From sequence record SRR20825010_561: 60,252 bases of DNA. One strand, 5' to 3'. The position numbers were made by a program, and so were the translations under genes. The notes below the pieces were generated by a model. The model searched no databases. It was given only the letters and a program-made list of their open reading frames with translations, and was not told the DNA's origin. Below, piece by piece: positions 59,185-60,252 of this stretch (the first letter of the stretch is position 1; each line of letters opens with the position of its first letter).

Positions 59185-60249
59185 TTGTTAAAGTTAGAAG
59201 CCATATCGACCAAGGGTGAGCAATTTATTGGTTTAGCAATTCCATATGATCAATCACTTATCGATAAAGCAAAAAAACTGAACGGTCTTTGGGATCCAAA
59301 ACTTAGGCTTTGGCTCTTTAAATACTCCTCGGCTACTGAAGCTAAAATCAAACTAGCGTTCGATATTAAAGATGAAATAGTCTTTAATCTAACTCCGGGT
59401 AAAAAAAATAGAGAAGCCCCAAAAGATTACCTCGATCAACTTGAGCGCAAGAGATATAGCCCAAATACAATCAGCACCTATATTTCTCTTTTTGAACAAT
59501 TTTTAAATCACTTTCCCCAAGTTAGCCCAGAAACATTGAGTGATGAGCATGTTGCTAAATTCCAAACCTACTTAGTGAAAGTAAAAAAGGTTTCAACCAG
59601 CACTCAAAACCAATATATCAATGCAATCAAGTTCTATTTCGAGAAAGTATTGGGGCGAGAAAAGGGTTTTTATCATATCGATAGGCCAATCCAAGAATTT
59701 AAATTACCAAAAGTACTTACAGAGAAAGAAGTAATTGCTTTGCTGAAAACAGTAACTAACCTTAAACATAAAGCCATGCTTTTAATGGTCTATAGTTCCG
59801 GTCTGAGAGCTGGAGAATTGATTAATCTAAAAATCAATGATATTGATAGCGAAAAAATGCGTGTATATGTGAGAGGTGGAAAAGGCAAAAAAGACAGGGT
59901 CAGTATTTTATCTCAGAAAGCGCTGGAAGTCTTGAGAGAGTATTTCAAGAAATATAGACCTACGGAGTTTTTATTTGAAGGGCAAGGAGGGGGGATTTAT
60001 TCAACTACTAGTCTAAGAAACGTATTTTCAAAAGCTCTTAAGAAATGTGGTATTAATAAGAAAGTGACTCTCCATTCTTTAAGACATAGCTTTGCGACAC
60101 ATCTTTTAGAGGCTGGAGTAGACATAAGGTACATTCAAGTCTTGCTAGGTCATAACTCGAGTAGAACAACAGAAATTTACACCCATATCACCCACAAAGG
60201 ATGGGAGAAAATACAGTCACCTTTAGACAATCTAAATATCAAAGTGTAG
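59185..60249 (+). CDS. Tyrosine recombinase, integron-integrase-like, with extra N-terminal domain
   Basis: Intact R-K-HxxR-H-Y catalytic set (SGLR, GKGKKDR, HSLRHSFATHLL, LGH, TTEIYTH); SAM-like domain (RYSPNTISTY, STSTQNQYINAIKF); TTG start. Confidence 0.9.
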   Translation: MLKLEAISTKGEQFIGLAIPYDQSLIDKAKKLNGLWDPKLRLWLFKYSSATEAKIKLAFDIKDEIVFNLTPGKKNREAPKDYLDQLERKRYSPNTISTYISLFEQFLNHFPQVSPETLSDEHVAKFQTYLVKVKKVSTSTQNQYINAIKFYFEKVLGREKGFYHIDRPIQEFKLPKVLTEKEVIALLKTVTNLKHKAMLLMVYSSGLRAGELINLKINDIDSEKMRVYVRGGKGKKDRVSILSQKALEVLREYFKKYRPTEFLFEGQGGGIYSTTSLRNVFSKALKKCGINKKVTLHSLRHSFATHLLEAGVDIRYIQVLLGHNSSRTTEIYTHITHKGWEKIQSPLDNLNIKV

Positions 60250-60252
60250 ATT

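Noticed and set aside
59185-60249. Calling the recombinase intI, xerC or xerD
   Set aside because: It lacks the IntI insertion and has an extra N-terminal module not expected in XerC/D, so no gene symbol is justified
1-60252. rRNA, tRNA, SRP RNA near ffh, riboswitches, IS transposases
   Set aside because: No recognisable signatures in any intergenic region or ORF by eye

Overview
Chromosomal, mostly housekeeping window from a Bacteroidota genome, probably Cytophagales. This is inferred from the SusC/SusD pair, a T9SS type-B cargo protein, repeated TAnnTTTG promoter boxes and an IPExxxVDY-family gene. It opens with an ECF sigma/FecR/SusC/SusD locus, then runs through core genes: ahpC, waaA, rsgA, oxyR, hisS, pdhB, ffh, miaA, pyk, acpP-fabF-rnc-nadE, anmK, nupC, etfBA and rlmF. 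It also holds a glycan-modification cluster and an orphan phosphorelay. No rRNA, tRNA or CRISPR array was seen. The most notable items are: (1) a terminal tyrosine recombinase resembling integron integrases, lacking the IntI-specific insertion but carrying an extra N-terminal HARP/DUF5710-like module, preceded by three palindromes, with the window ending 3 nt after its stop; (2) a ~1.3 kb islet with a RelE/ParE toxin-antitoxin pair and an AT-rich orphan gene bracketed by ~105-125 bp degenerate direct repeats; (3) a eukaryote-like nicotinamide riboside kinase; (4) an uncharacterised operon of a beta-barrel plus two paralogous lipoproteins. All family assignments come from motif recognition by eye, not from database searches.
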